Origin: Octopus bimaculoides
Lineage: Eukaryota
Assembly: GCF_001194135.2 (NCBI RefSeq)
Contig: NC_068991.1
Location: forward strand, 54,668,799 to 54,732,798
Direction: 5' to 3'
Length of the DNA: 64,000 nt
This document shows positions 1 through 13,139 of this stretch, one piece after another. Position 1 is the first letter of the stretch, and each line of letters begins with the position of its first letter. Under the pieces are notes generated by a model. The model saw only the letters and a program-made list of their open reading frames with translations. It was not told where the DNA came from and made no database searches. Both the position numbers and the translations under genes were made by a program.

Positions 1-38
<38 letters not shown>

Positions 39-39
39 A

Positions 40-1400
40 CCAAGGTAATTAGCCCTGACTGTGTTTCTTCCATTACACTCAAGCACCAGAACTTCAGAAC
101 CTTCACCTCAAATCTTGCTCCTATGGTCACTAAACACATTATACTCTCAATCCTCACAGGGATATACCCTGACTTTGGTAGCACTTCTTATTGTCTCCCA
201 TTCCAAAGAAACGCAACTCCTCTGAATGAACAACTATTATCTTATTGCTCTCACTTTTAACATCTCTAAGCTTATCGAAACAACCATTAATAGTAAGATT
301 TTCTAACATTTTGAATCTCTCTCTCTCCTTAGTAACTATTTGGACAGTTTCCCTAGTGCCAGATCTACTGGAGACTTTCTCTTATGTCAGTCACCAGTGG
401 ACTCTTGCTTTTATGGAAGTTCAGTAAAAGCAATATTGTAGCATTGACATCAGCAAAGCCTTTAATGTGTCTGGCATGGAAATGTTTTATCAAAACATCC
501 TGCTTATAATAAGCCCTATGTGTCTCTCATTTCTTAGATCAGTAGCTTCCTATGCCATTGCATGAACATAGTATCTGTTGATGGCACTATTTCTTCCCTG
601 CCCTCAATCAACTCTGGGACTACTTGTGACCACATCCAGCAACTACTACTCTTTTGTAGGTGACATGAGCTTTCATTTGTCCTTAACTTTGCCCAACATA
701 GTCCACACACAATTTAGACATCCTATGTCAAGCTTGGCTGGATTCCATTAAATAAGGATCTTGAGAGCATCCTTTAGTGGGACCTGGCCAAACATTTTTC
801 TTTTAACAGCAAAAAAAATTTAAGCACGACTCATCAAGAAAATACAGCCAAACATGGTCAGCATTCAGTAAATGCCCTTAAAGCCCCTCCAAGTGCTGGG
901 CCTCACTATCATCAAAGATCTCTCCTGGGAAAACATGTCCTTGGCATAGCAAGGACCACATCCCAAAGACTACATCCACTTCACTTCAGGACTAGAAAAT
1001 ATTTCAGTCCTCAACAGCTGCTAACAGTCTGCAAAGCTCAAGTGGATCCCCCAATGGAGTACCACACTCACATCGGGATACAGTCAAGGGAGTGTCATTT
1101 GATGAACTGGAATTCAGTCACAAAGAGATATGCTCCAGCTTCTTGTTGTCTTCTCTCTATATATTTTCTATTACTATAACGGCTTTTGTATCTCAAATAT
1201 GATTTGACTGGTCTTAACTCCACAATTTAAAATCCCATACCTCAATCATCTTTCCACCTCTCATCACACTTGGTGTGTTGAACTTCCTCAGTCTGACACT
1301 AACGGGTATTCCAGCCTTTGGCATCTCCTTCCTGCTTGTGTCTTACCTTCAGGGCATTGACCTTCAGCAGTTTAAACGGTACATTAATGGCATCAAACAC
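40..1400 (+). mobile_element. Decayed Jockey/CR1-like LINE reverse transcriptase fragment
   Basis: Frameshifted RT motifs: RSTGD..., IVALDISKAF..VWH, LGLTIIKDLSW.KH, PMEY, terminal FKRYIN. Confidence 0.75.
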
Positions 1401-1681
1401 ATAATTTTAGGAGAACCTACAGAGAGCATGGTCAATGTCACATTCTCCTCATTCAACAAGAAAATTCATATATATATATATATATATATATTAATCTGAA
1501 TAATACATACCAACACACACATGCACGCATGCACACACACACATAGACAAATGTAAATTGCACTTTCAGTCCCATTATGTAGCACGTTGGGCAAATGTCT
1601 TTTTTTATAGCCTTGTGACCAACAAAGGTTTATGAATGAATTTGATACATGGAAGCTGAAAGAAGCTTATTCTATATATGT

Positions 1682-1712
<31 letters not shown>

Positions 1713-2135
1713 CAGTTAAGTATATATCCGGTCATAGAGTGACCAGTGGTTCCACATCCATAAAGAGCTTAGCTCCATAGACAGCTCGACAGACTCTAAG
1801 ACCGAAAGCATACAATGCTTCAACTCTGGAAGGTGGGAATCCATTATGATCAGTTAGTTAGTAAGTAAACAATCACACACACACACACACACACACACAT
1901 ACATATATATATAAAAATATTGGAAAGTGGAGTTTGGAAATTATATTTGTTGTTACTAAACAATAAACACATATTATTAACACCATTCTTCAATATACTG
2001 TTTTTATCTACACTCTATGGATGGTTTGTGGATTTGGGAATTAATGGGCTACTGCCCACCTTTGAATTTTTTGATAGCCACTATGTGTAGAAGTACATCA
2101 CAAGGTAAACAGCTGGATTATATATTCCAATATCT

Positions 2136-2176
<41 letters not shown>

Positions 2177-2668
2177 NNNNNNNNNNNNNNNNNNNNNNNN
2201 NNNNNNNNNNNNNNNNNNNNNNNNNNNNNNNNNNNNNNNNNNNNNNNNNNNNNNNNNNNNNNNNNNNNNNNNNNNNNNNNNNNNNNNNNNNNNNNNNNNN
2301 NNNNNNNNNNNNNNNNNNNNNNNNNNNNNNNNNNNNNNNNNNNNNNNNNNNNNNNNNNNNNNNNNNNNNNNNNNNNNNNNNNNNNNNNNNNNNNNNNNNN
2401 NNNNNNNNNNNNNNNNNNNNNNNNNNNNNNNNNNNNNNNNNNNNNNNNNNNNNNNNNNNNNNNNNNNNNNNNNNNNNNNNNNNNNNNNNNNNNNNNNNNN
2501 NNNNNNNNNNNNNNNNNNNNNNNNNNNNNNNNNNNNNNNNNNNNNNNNNNNNNNNNNNNNNNNNNNNNNNNNNNNNNNNNNNNNNNNNNNNNNNNNNNNN
2601 NNNNNNNNNNNNNTATATATATATATACACACAAACATGTATGTATGTATATATATATATACATGCAC

Positions 2669-2708
<40 letters not shown>

Positions 2709-2711
<3 letters not shown>

Positions 2712-3330
2712 TGGCCATATTGTTTGAATGGCAGATGAATGCACACCCAAACAGCTGTTTTAGAGCGAACTTGCAGAGGAGAAATGCAATTGGTAAACCT
2801 AAAGAGGTTTAAGGATGGCATAAAGACTATCATGAGGTCACTTGGAATAGACCCAAAGACCAAAGAAATCCTTACTTTGGATTGAGCTGGATGGCAAACA
2901 AAAGTTTGGAGTGGAGTGAAGGCTTTTGAGGAGGCCAGGCTGACACATGCAAATCTCAAGAGAGATTTAAAGAAGAATGCTGCAATCAATGTGAAGGTGT
3001 TTCTCAACAACCGTTTTGTGTGCACAGTTTGTAACAGACCATGCCTTTGCTTTGCTTCGCTCAAATCTCATTTGAAAACCCATGAAAAATGGACCACCAC
3101 CAATTACTCTGCCTATATACCTCTGCACACCTTTCAATGCCACGCATGCCATAAGGTCTGCAAATCTATTGGACACTTCAAAAGACATTTTAAGATCCAC
3201 AAAAATCAGAGCTTAACTGCAGCTCATGGTGGTCCAAATCAGATATACAATTTATGTGGGCGTCTTTTTAATACATTGTCTGGTTTAAGAAGCCACATCA
3301 GACACCCTGATGGATCTAAGGTGTAGGTGC
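2709..3330 (+). mobile_element. RTE-clade LINE 3' end with three C2H2-like fingers
   Basis: GHIV.MADECTPKQLF..EL motif, then KAFEEARL..A..KR and CTVC..HLKTH / CHAC..HFKIH / NLCG..HIRH. Confidence 0.7.
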
Positions 3331-3602
3331 AAGAGGTGGTCAGACTCTGCATAAGGAATAGACAACCACCATATATATATATATATATGTGTGTGTGTAT
3401 GTATGCATATACACATGTATATACACATACACACACACACATATACATATATATACGCATATATGTATATATATACATATATATATATATAATAATAATA
3501 TTAGGGACAAAATCCAAAATTACAAGTAAAAAACTCAATTAAAATCAATTTATAAAAAATTCAAATTAAATTGAGTTCTTGAAAATTGGTTATTTTCCCT
3601 AA

Positions 3603-3636
<34 letters not shown>

Positions 3637-5279
3637 NNNNNNNNNNNNNNNNNNNNNNNNNNNNNNNNNNNNNNNNNNNNNNNNNNNNNNNNNNNNNNNN
3701 NNNNNNNNNNNNNNNNNNNNNNNNNNNNNNNNNNNNNNNNNNNNNNNNNNNNNNNNNNNNNNNNNNNNNNNNNNNNNNNNNNNNNNNNNNNNNNNNNNNN
3801 NNNNNNNNNNNNNNNNNNNNNNNNNNNNNNNNNNNNNNNNNNNNNNNNNNNNNNNNNNNNNNNNNNNNNNNNNNNNNNNNNNNNNNNNNNNNNNNNNNNN
3901 NNNNNNNNNNNNNNNNNNNNNNNNNNNNNNNNNNNNNNNNNNNNNNNNNNNNNNNNNNNNNNNNNNNNNNNNNNNNNNNNNNNNNNNNNNNNNNNNNNNN
4001 NNNNNNNNNNNNNNNNNNNNNNNNNNNNNNNNNNNNNNNNNNNNNNNNNNNNNNNNNNNNNNNNNNNNNNNNNNNNNNNNNNNNNNNNNNNNNNNNNNNN
4101 NNNNNNNNNNNNNNNNNNNNNNNNNNNNNNNNNNNNNNNNNNNNNNNNNNNNNNNNNNNNNNNNNNNNNNNNNNNNNNNNNNNNNNNNNNNNNNNNNNNN
4201 NNNNNNNNNNNNNNNNNNNNNNNNNNNNNNNNNNNNNNNNNNNNNNNNNNNNNNNNNNNNCTGCAGCTCATGGTGGTCCAAATCAGATATACAATTTATG
4301 TGGGCGTCTTTTTAATACATTGTCTGGTTTAAGAAGCCACATCAGACACCCTGATGGATCTAAGGTGTAGGTGCAAGAGGTGGTCAGACTCTGCATAAGG
4401 AATAGACAACCACCATATATATATATATATATGTGTGTGTGTATGTATTTATCTATCTATCTATATATATCTAACAACAAAAGAGATTGGATTCACAAAA
4501 GTCTTATAAGTATGACATAATTTATTTTTCAAAATTATAATCATCTTCAGTTTTGTTTCCTATTTCCTCTTCCCATTTTCAGATTTATTACAAATTCATC
4601 TAATTTATAAAACACCTTCTGCTGTGAGAGAGTGCTTTATCAATTTTTTTCAAAGAGAAGACAAAACAGTAAACTATGTTACTTATGCCAGATGAAGTTT
4701 TAGCCATCAATAGATATAAAATTAATCACATTCAATGATAGAAATCAAAATAGATAAAGCCTTCACTTTTTCACCTCCAAAAGGTTTTCAGCCCAACATT
4801 TTCATACTATTATTCATAACTTTAGTTGCTTCAAGTTCCACCATTTATAACGTTTTATTACAACACATTTCTATGTTTTTGTTGTGAATTGAATAAACCA
4901 CTGTGTACTTGAATGACATGTCATTGAAACATTGGAAGCGTTAAAGCTAGAGTATTCTATTTGAAGGAATCACTCTCTATTTTCTGCTTTTGTTTTCGTT
5001 AGTAAAGTGTTTCTGAATCCAATCTCATTTGGCTTGTTTATTGTACATATAACCCATGTATGTTTATATTTGTGTTGTTAGCCAGTTGAATATTTACAAC
5101 ATCACTTGCACCAATATTCATTCATGCTGCTGCAGTTCTTACAAATTATTTACTATTTTAAGAACAGAATTCCATCATAAATTTTAAATTCTTCTAAAAT
5201 TATCTTTATTTATAAAGAGAAATGAAATTCTTCATTGAATACCATTTCAATAGTTCTTTTAATAGCCACTACATAATAC

Positions 5280-5395
5280 ATGTTCACAGTAGTCTTTAAA
5301 CAGTAACTATATCAATGTTCACAATATTCTTTAGTCATTACATCATTCATGTTCACAATATTCTTTAGTTATTACATCAACCATGTTCACAATAA
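5280..5395. repeat. Minisatellite, about four ~33-35-bp units with core CATGTTCACAATATTCTTTAG
   Basis: Direct reading of the repeated core. Confidence 0.7.
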
Positions 5396-5499
5396 TATAC
5401 TATTGAAAACAGTTTCAATGTCATTATTCTTTTTTTAATTGCAATTGTAGTGAAACAACTTTATAACATTTTCATTATGATTATTAATATTGTAATTAC

Positions 5500-5574
<75 letters not shown>

Positions 5575-7110
5575 AGTTACTATAACTTATTTAGGTGTGA
5601 TGGAGTGGCAGAAATGGCTGAACTTTAGACTAAAATACCTCAGTGTATTTAACTTCATCCCTAGACATTTTAAATCCAATATAGTTGATCTTGATTTTTA
5701 TTGCTCCAGACATGTACTGTGATCAGTTCAATTGACTAATATTGCTCCAACTAGTTCAAGGCTGTGTGTTAATGTAAAAAATCATAATTATAGTAACATT
5801 AGTTTTAATTGCTAATGTAAGAAATCATAATTAATTAGATTTGCTTTTAATCTTTTTAATAACCCAAAATAAGCACCTTTGTACTTTATATTTCAATTAT
5901 TTTGTAAATTCTTTGAAGTTTTGTTGAGGTTAAAGGCTGACACCATGTATTGAGACCTTTCTGTCAAACATCTTTGAATCAACACCATTTCATTTTAATT
6001 AGTTGTTAATTTTTCTGCAAACTGATGGTGATAACAAAATGTTTTGTCAAATAAACAGAATCATTGAAATGTTATACAGTCAAAAGTTTAGTCAATATTT
6101 AAATAATTGAAATAGAAAGTTTATTTTCTAAAACAGATATTTCTACTGAACAATTCTTCTAATTAAATGATTGTCATGAAACTCCATGTATAATATAGCT
6201 TATTTTTCACCAAAATCAAAACTATGATAAGAGGACTATTAGGATACAAAGAATTTGCCAAACACTTTAATTAAAACCACAGTAATATATTAAAAGCCTG
6301 TTAATGTTTTAGGTTGCTTTTTATCATGCATCAATTCAATTTATATAAACTGAAATATTAAAAACTGATATATGGTTCATGATAGCCTATCATCTCTTGT
6401 ATTAGTTAAAGATGCTGTTATAAGTCTTGAAGATAATCAGTGCCCCAAAATTTGGATGCATATTATACATGGTATCTTGGACTTTTAAAGTACTCAACAT
6501 CATCAAAATCATTTTCATACTAATGAATATCTAATGATTTTAGAAGGTTAGATTTCTATAATTACCTAATGAAATCTGCTATGAAATTTAATTTTAAGCT
6601 TGATATATATATATATATATTAAAACTGATAAAAAGAATATAGTGAAGCTGTCATGAAGAATGGAAAATCCATCATTTCAGACAAAGTCCTTCAGAGAAA
6701 AGGTGACTGGAGAAAAAAATTGAAGAGACACAACAGAGTTTTATATTCTCTAAGTTAAAAAAAAAAACAAAGCGAGCTGCAACTTAGAGAGTATAAAATT
6801 CTGCTGTCTTTTAATTTCTTTCCTGTCAACTTCTCCCTGAAGAAGGACTCTGTCCAAAACATTGAATCTTTCCACTCCCCAAGGAAAGTTTACTAAACTC
6901 TTCTTATCAATTTTACTATATAATATAAGTCTTACCAATGCAGACCAAGAGCTGTCTTTTTGATGCTTGATCATGTGTATATATATCATTTGTTGACTAT
7001 ATATATGTATATATGATCATGCATACACATACACACACACACATATATGATCATGTATATACATACATGTATATATATATACACACACACACATATGTAT
7101 GTGTGTGTGT

Positions 7111-7184
<74 letters not shown>

Positions 7185-8492
7185 ACATATATATAAGAAC
7201 AAACAGACTACTTCGATAAGTTATTTAAGGGAGGAAAGGCAGTTTCCCTGACCTTATCTGGTTCTCCCAGATAGGTGACAGTGATGAGACTGTTGGTCAA
7301 CATAAAACCCCTACCGGTATATATCTTCAGTAAACACAAGGATAGATACAGAAACAAGGATCCTGTTTGAATATTTGCAACAAAGTGAACTCTATTCAGG
7401 GCCTCCAAAGTCTAGGTCTACTACACAATATTATGTCTCATGCATTGTGACAGCGTTTTAAGTTTTAATTTCTAATAAGCTTGTTAATTATTTAACCTGA
7501 AGCAATTAGGCAAAACTATTTTTATATGAATTTCCATTTTGAAATATTATCCACATTTTTAAAATTATCTTTTATATATGATGGACTCTCCCATCGAAGA
7601 CAACATATGAATGTTCAGCTTTTGCCGAATGACCTGCAACAAATGATTTGTTTATAGCGATCAAATACTCGTACCACACATTAGTTCACTTTCTCCATCA
7701 AATCGATGTTGTCTGAACAGTGGCATAGTGTACCATGTGTCAGGTATCAAAGTGATCACAGAGCAATGTAAGATGAAGTGTTTTGTTCAAAAACACAATG
7801 CGCCACCTGGTCAAAGAATTGAAATCACAATCGCTAGATTGTGAATGCAACACCCTAACCAATAAGTCATGCACCCTCGATATATATATGATAATAGCCA
7901 TTACTCATGACTTTGATCAGTCAAGTTTGTCTTGGGACTAAATAATAGCATCACGTATATTACAAAGTAGGCAATTAATTGCTTTTCCATTCCATTTTCT
8001 TACCTTCCATAGTCCATAAAATACTCATGAAATCTTGCAGTACTTCTAAAGACTAATAATTCACTGGAAACAAAGTTTTGAAACCAATATATAAGGCTCT
8101 AAATTTTATGGTATGTCACAAGAATTAGAATTAAGGGAAGTGCAAAAATAAGCTACTCAACTTGGTAACACTCTATATAGGTATCACATTCAAATATTTC
8201 TAGGATTTATGACTAAAAGCACTATAGTCTTTGTCACAATAAAACTGATTTTAAACTGATTTTTCGTTGAATTTATCTTTTTGTCAACTGCTACACTCTC
8301 CTAATATTTACAACCAACCAGTTTCTTTTTGTTTTGTTCTTTCTTTTTCTCCCAGTGACATCAAATAAAATAATAATACATCTAAAGTGAGGAAAATATG
8401 TAATTCAAACAATGTCTTCTTGTGCTGTTCTTTGCTATTGTATTGAGTTCAAAATAATTAGGAATAAGGAAAAATGTATCAACTACTTTCTG

Positions 8493-8531
<39 letters not shown>

Positions 8532-8705
8532 GCTACTTCTTTCACTCTAGATGACTTTTTCCCCCATCCTTTCTCTTTCTTTCTTCATCTCTCACTGCCT
8601 TCATTTATACTAATTGCTTTGTTCTAAGACAGATTTTAGTTCTCTATTCTAATCTAAGTTTAATGTAGAGTAAATTTAATTTTCTTTTCGTCTTTCTTTT
8701 GAAAG

Positions 8706-8805
8706 GAACAAGAAATGGAAAAACAACAGCTTCTTTCTGAACAATCTCGATTATCAGAACGTGGAGCAGCAGAGATGATCCTACTTTATATCAGTGCAAC
8801 TAAAG
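8706..8805 (+). CDS. RyR: Ryanodine receptor exon ([34 protein letters not shown])
   Basis: AG at 8704-8705, GTAAGT at 8806; matches the RyR motif EKEMEKQ..L..Q.RL..RGAAEM; phase 0 to 1. Confidence 0.95.
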
Positions 8806-9608
8806 GTAAGTTGGGGGGAAGAATTTTATCATAACAAAATCAATGAAACAAAATATTGATATAAACATTATCATCATCGTCATTTAACATCAATTTTCCA
8901 TACTGGCATGGGTTGGGCAGTTTGACAGGAGCTGGCAAGCTGAATAGTGGCACCAGGCTCTAATTGTGTGTTTTGGCAAGGTCTCTACAGCTGGGTGCTC
9001 TTCCCAATGCCAACCATTCTACAAAGTGTACTGGATGTTTCTTATGTGGCACCAGCATAGGTGCTTTTTTCATGCCCCCCCCCCACATACACACACACGG
9101 GATATATTATTTTAAATTTGATTCAGAAAATACAAAACAAGCCTTTAGTTATATACAGCGAAATTGGAAGCCAACAGGGGAGCTTTTACATGGGCACTCA
9201 AGTTACTAGAAACCTCTCTCAAAATTACACATAACCATCTTAAATAAAGAAAGGTAGTTGAATTATGTGGTCTTACATACCATTAAAAAAGACAGGATGG
9301 CCACATATGAACACCTTGATTATGTCTCACTTGATCAGTGTGGAGCCAAATAACAACAATCGATATATGGAAAAATTATTTTACAAAAATATCCCCAAAT
9401 TTTTTATTATTTTCAAAGTGAATTGAATTTTGGAAATATGATTCTAAGAGGATTTAGATTTTAATGAAATATTTTAAACTTTAGAGACAACAGTTCTTAA
9501 ATTTTTACTCAATCATCAATGCACTCTGCTTTTAGTTTCTTCAACACCTGATTTTGATTTTAACCAAATTAAATAATTTAAAACATTGAATACATTTTAT
9601 CATTTCAG

Positions 9609-9688
9609 GTGTATATAGCCCGATTGTTGATCACACAATTGAACTTGGTATATCTCTACTGAGAGGAGGTAATATTGACGTACAAAAG
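9609..9688 (+). CDS. RyR: RyR exon (VYSPIVDHTIELGISLLRGGNIDVQK)
   Basis: TTTCAG acceptor, GTAAGA donor; LGIS.L.GGN..VQ motif; phase 1 to 0. Confidence 0.95.
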
Positions 9689-10538
9689 GTAAGAACAATG
9701 GAAAATTTACTTTAATTTCCAACATTTTGATTTCTTTTATGTAAAAATATAGTTTTTGTATAATGGCAGCATTATAAATGATGTTACCAACCTCAGTTTC
9801 TTTACAAGTATCAATTTTAGCAACCCCAGCAGAATTAGAATATGTGTGTGCATGTGTAAGACAGTAAGCTCCTAACACCTGTAAAGTTTCTTTATCTACT
9901 AAAGGCTCTCATTCCCTTTGGAGTATAGGCCATTGATAACTTTTCCTCTTTGTACTCTATTCTGAACTGCCTTTTTTGGGCTTTCCTCTCAAGGTCTTGT
10001 TGGTTTTGAATTATCATCAATGCTTCTGTAACTTTGTTTTTTCTCTTAGTAGGGGTGTTGGCTCTACACAAACCCATTTTTACCCCTAGGAAGAGGTGGT
10101 CCATATTAGTGTGGCCGTTGTCCTTTGACCTGCCTAGCATGAGAGGCCCTATCAGGAGCTTGTACTTCACTGACATAGCTCTCAGAGTCAGTGAGGTACA
10201 CAAGCCACCATACTGCAATAAGGAATGGACATTATAGTTGACCTGCAAAGTATATAATCATGTTATTTGTCTTTCCTATGGCTATCAGCCTAATTAATTA
10301 ACTAATATTATAATGAGTCACCTTTGAATTATTGTCAAATTTATGCGGAAGTTAATTATTCAGAAATAAAATGTTCTCACTTTCTCCCTATATCCACTTT
10401 AAAGTAGAGAAAAGAAACATAATCTGTTATCTAAAATTTATTTCAGATAGATTTATTTCATCTGACAATATGTCAATTGATATTTTCTCTGTCTTAAATA
10501 TCATTTTCCATTAACTTTTATTGTTTCATATTTTTCAG

Positions 10539-10615
10539 AGAATGCTAAAACATCTCAAAGACAAAAAAGATGTTGGGTTTTTTACATCAGTGGCTGGACT
10601 TATGCAGCAATGCAG
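10539..10615 (+). CDS. RyR: RyR exon ([26 protein letters not shown])
   Basis: TTTTTCAG / GTATAA; ML..LKDKK.VGFF motif; phase 0 to 2. Confidence 0.95.
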
Positions 10616-12121
10616 GTATAACAACAGCTCTTTGTTATTGATGACATCAAATGATATTGTTAATCCCCATATTTAATTGTACATAAGCTGTTCCCCTAAT
10701 TTAGTGTTAAATTGCTCTTTCCTTCACAGTTTTAGTTTTGCCCATGTATAAGATGCATCCCATTTTCCAATTATAATCAAATAATATAAGACAAAGGCTG
10801 TGAGCTGGCAGAATCCTCCTCCTCATCATCATCATTATTTAACATCCATTTTTCATGCAGTAAGTCCAGGAGTTGTACTAGGTTCTATAGTCTGTTTTGA
10901 CATAGTTTCTACAGCTGGATGCCCTTCCTAATGCTAACCACTTTGCAAAGTGTACAGGGTGTTTTTTACACAGCACCATCAGACAAAGTGCATAGTGGTA
11001 TTTCTCCTGGCTTTTTTACATTTTGAGTTCATAAAATAGTGTAACTTATAACACAAGTAAATACAATAATTTCAAATAATATCCAATAAAGTACAAGATC
11101 ACTTTTTTCCTAAAAAGGAGAGTTGCATATTTCAACATGTTACCAATGTTTACTTTATTAGTGTTAAGTAGTGAAATGATGTAGAGATTAACAGTTGGGT
11201 GTAAGTAAGGCCTACTGAATTACACATCTATTGAACTTTCTTAATGGCAACAATTAATGACAAAAGCAGCAAGCTGACAGAATCATCATCATCATCATCT
11301 TCATCTTCATCTTTCAACCATTTTTCATTCCAACGTGGGCTGGACTGTTTAACAGGAACTGGCAATGCTAGGAGTTGCACCAGGTTCCATGGTCTGTTTT
11401 GACATGGTTTCTTCAGCTGGACACCCTTCCCAACACCAACCACTTTAGAGAGTGTACTGGGTGCTTTCTTCACAGTATTGTCAGATAAAATGCATAGTGG
11501 TATTTTCTCCTGGATTTTTTTACATTTTGAGTTCAAATCCAGTTGAAGTCAACTTTATCTTTCATCCCTTCAGGATCAACATAAAGTACCAGTTAAGTAC
11601 TGGCGTGAATGTAATCAGCTTGCCCGCTTCTGGCAAAATTGTTGTCCTTTGAACCCTACAGCAGACCAGCGTCCCATTCAGGGGTAATGTTGGGATCTCA
11701 GTTACCATGGAAACCTGGTAACCAATCATATGAACCCTAAGACTCAAAGAAAAAAGGAAGCACTAAGTGACAACAGCTGGACAAAAATAATCCTTTCTAC
11801 TATAGGTACAAGGCTTGAAATTTTGAGGAAGTGAGGCTAGTCGATTACATCGCCCCCAGTGGTCAAATGGTATTTAATTTATCGACCCTGAAAGGATGAA
11901 AGACAAAGTCAACTTCAGGAGAATTTGAACTCAGAAGGTGGCGATAGACAAAATGCCACTAAGCATTTTTCCAGCAGTAATGCTTCTACCAGCTTCGACA
12001 AACACAATGTAGAAGTTATTTGAGTAATAGAAAGAATATAAAAATTAATCCATAGAAAAATTATTATTTCTAAAGCTCTCAACAAGAGACATTCAGTAAC
12101 ATTACTCTAAAGTAAAAATTA

Positions 12122-12371
12122 TTTGCCAACACAATGTGGCAATCCTGGTTACTGTTATTTAACCCCAGAAAACATCATCTCCCCAGGAAACATATTTTCA
12201 AACAGGGGAGTTTAGCATCCCCACTCTGTGCTGAGTAGGGGTGCTGAACTCCCCTTTTTGAAAATATAAGGACATAGATGTGTGTTGTATAGCCAGCTGG
12301 AGACGATGATTCCTGAGGCTAAATAACAGAAACATTCATCCCAACCGGGACTGCCGCATTATGTTGGCAAA
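12122..12371. mobile_element. Fully palindromic ~250-bp fold-back element (MITE-like)
   Basis: Three nested inverted pairs: 12122-12150/12343-12371, 12153-12183/12299-12328, 12192-12221/12238-12267. Confidence 0.75.
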
Positions 12372-12459
12372 CAATCTTCACTTTAAAAGTTAATCCTTTT
12401 AATATTCAAATAAACCTTTTCAGAAGTTTTATCCCATATTTTTTGTATTTCTTTTTTAG

Positions 12460-12614
12460 TGTGCTTGACCTGGATGCTTTTGAACGTTGTAACAAAGCTG
12501 AGGGACTTGGAATGAGTACTGACACTGGACCTGGGGAGAAAAACTTACATGATGCAGAATTCACCTGCAAACTATTCCGCTTCTTACAATTGCTTTGTGA
12601 GGGTCACAATCTTG
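12460..12614 (+). CDS. RyR: RyR exon ([17 protein letters not shown]...[14 protein letters not shown]), includes Ca2+ site E/H
   Basis: TTTTTTAG / GTAAGT; LCEGHN corresponds to RyR1 E3893/H3895; phase 2 to 1. Confidence 0.97.
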
Positions 12615-13139
12615 GTAAGTCTGTATTACCAAATATTCAAAGACATTTTATTATTGAAAATAATTTACAATTTGTTTCGTTTTGGGTTTGTTTGGGATTT
12701 TATGTTTATATTTTGTTTCTTTTTTTTTATTGGTAGGTAATTTTTTTACTTAATCCTTAATCATTTATCATTTATTTTTTTACTTATTACAATCATTAGA
12801 CTGTGACACCTTGAAGGGTTTTTAGTCAAATGAATCGACCTCAGTACTTTTTATTTTTTGAAGTCCGGTATTTATTTTGCCAAACTGCTAAGTTACAGGG
12901 ATGGAAACACACCAACACTAGTTGTCAAATAGTGGTGGAGGACAAACATAAACACAAACACTCACATACAGACAGATATTTATATATAACAGACACAGAA
13001 GTCTGGTGTAGTCTTCTACCGGGCTGGCTCCTATCAAAGCATCCAACTCATGGAAGGTGGACGTTAAACAATAATGAGTGAAGACCTCAAGCAGCTTGTT
13101 TTTTACCATCTCAGTTGAGCAATTAGGACACAAGAATAC

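Noticed and set aside
3217-4447. Apparent duplication of 3217-3403 at 4261-4447
   Set aside because: The copies look identical and sit on either side of an N gap, so this is most likely a scaffolding overlap artefact
4583-4668. Candidate exon with a strong acceptor (LLQIHLIYKTPSAVRECFINFFQREDKT), phase 1 to 0
   Set aside because: No resemblance to the acidic SC..EEE..SF segment expected before EQEMEK; would need RNA-seq support
6640-6705. SCHEE and TKSFREK peptides resembling the exon preceding EQEMEK
   Set aside because: They are in two different frames, lack a proper polypyrimidine acceptor for SCHEE, and are short enough to be chance
7271-7316. Possible micro-exon IGDSDETVGQHKTPT
   Set aside because: Ends in phase 1, incompatible with the phase 0 start at 8706; no RyR similarity
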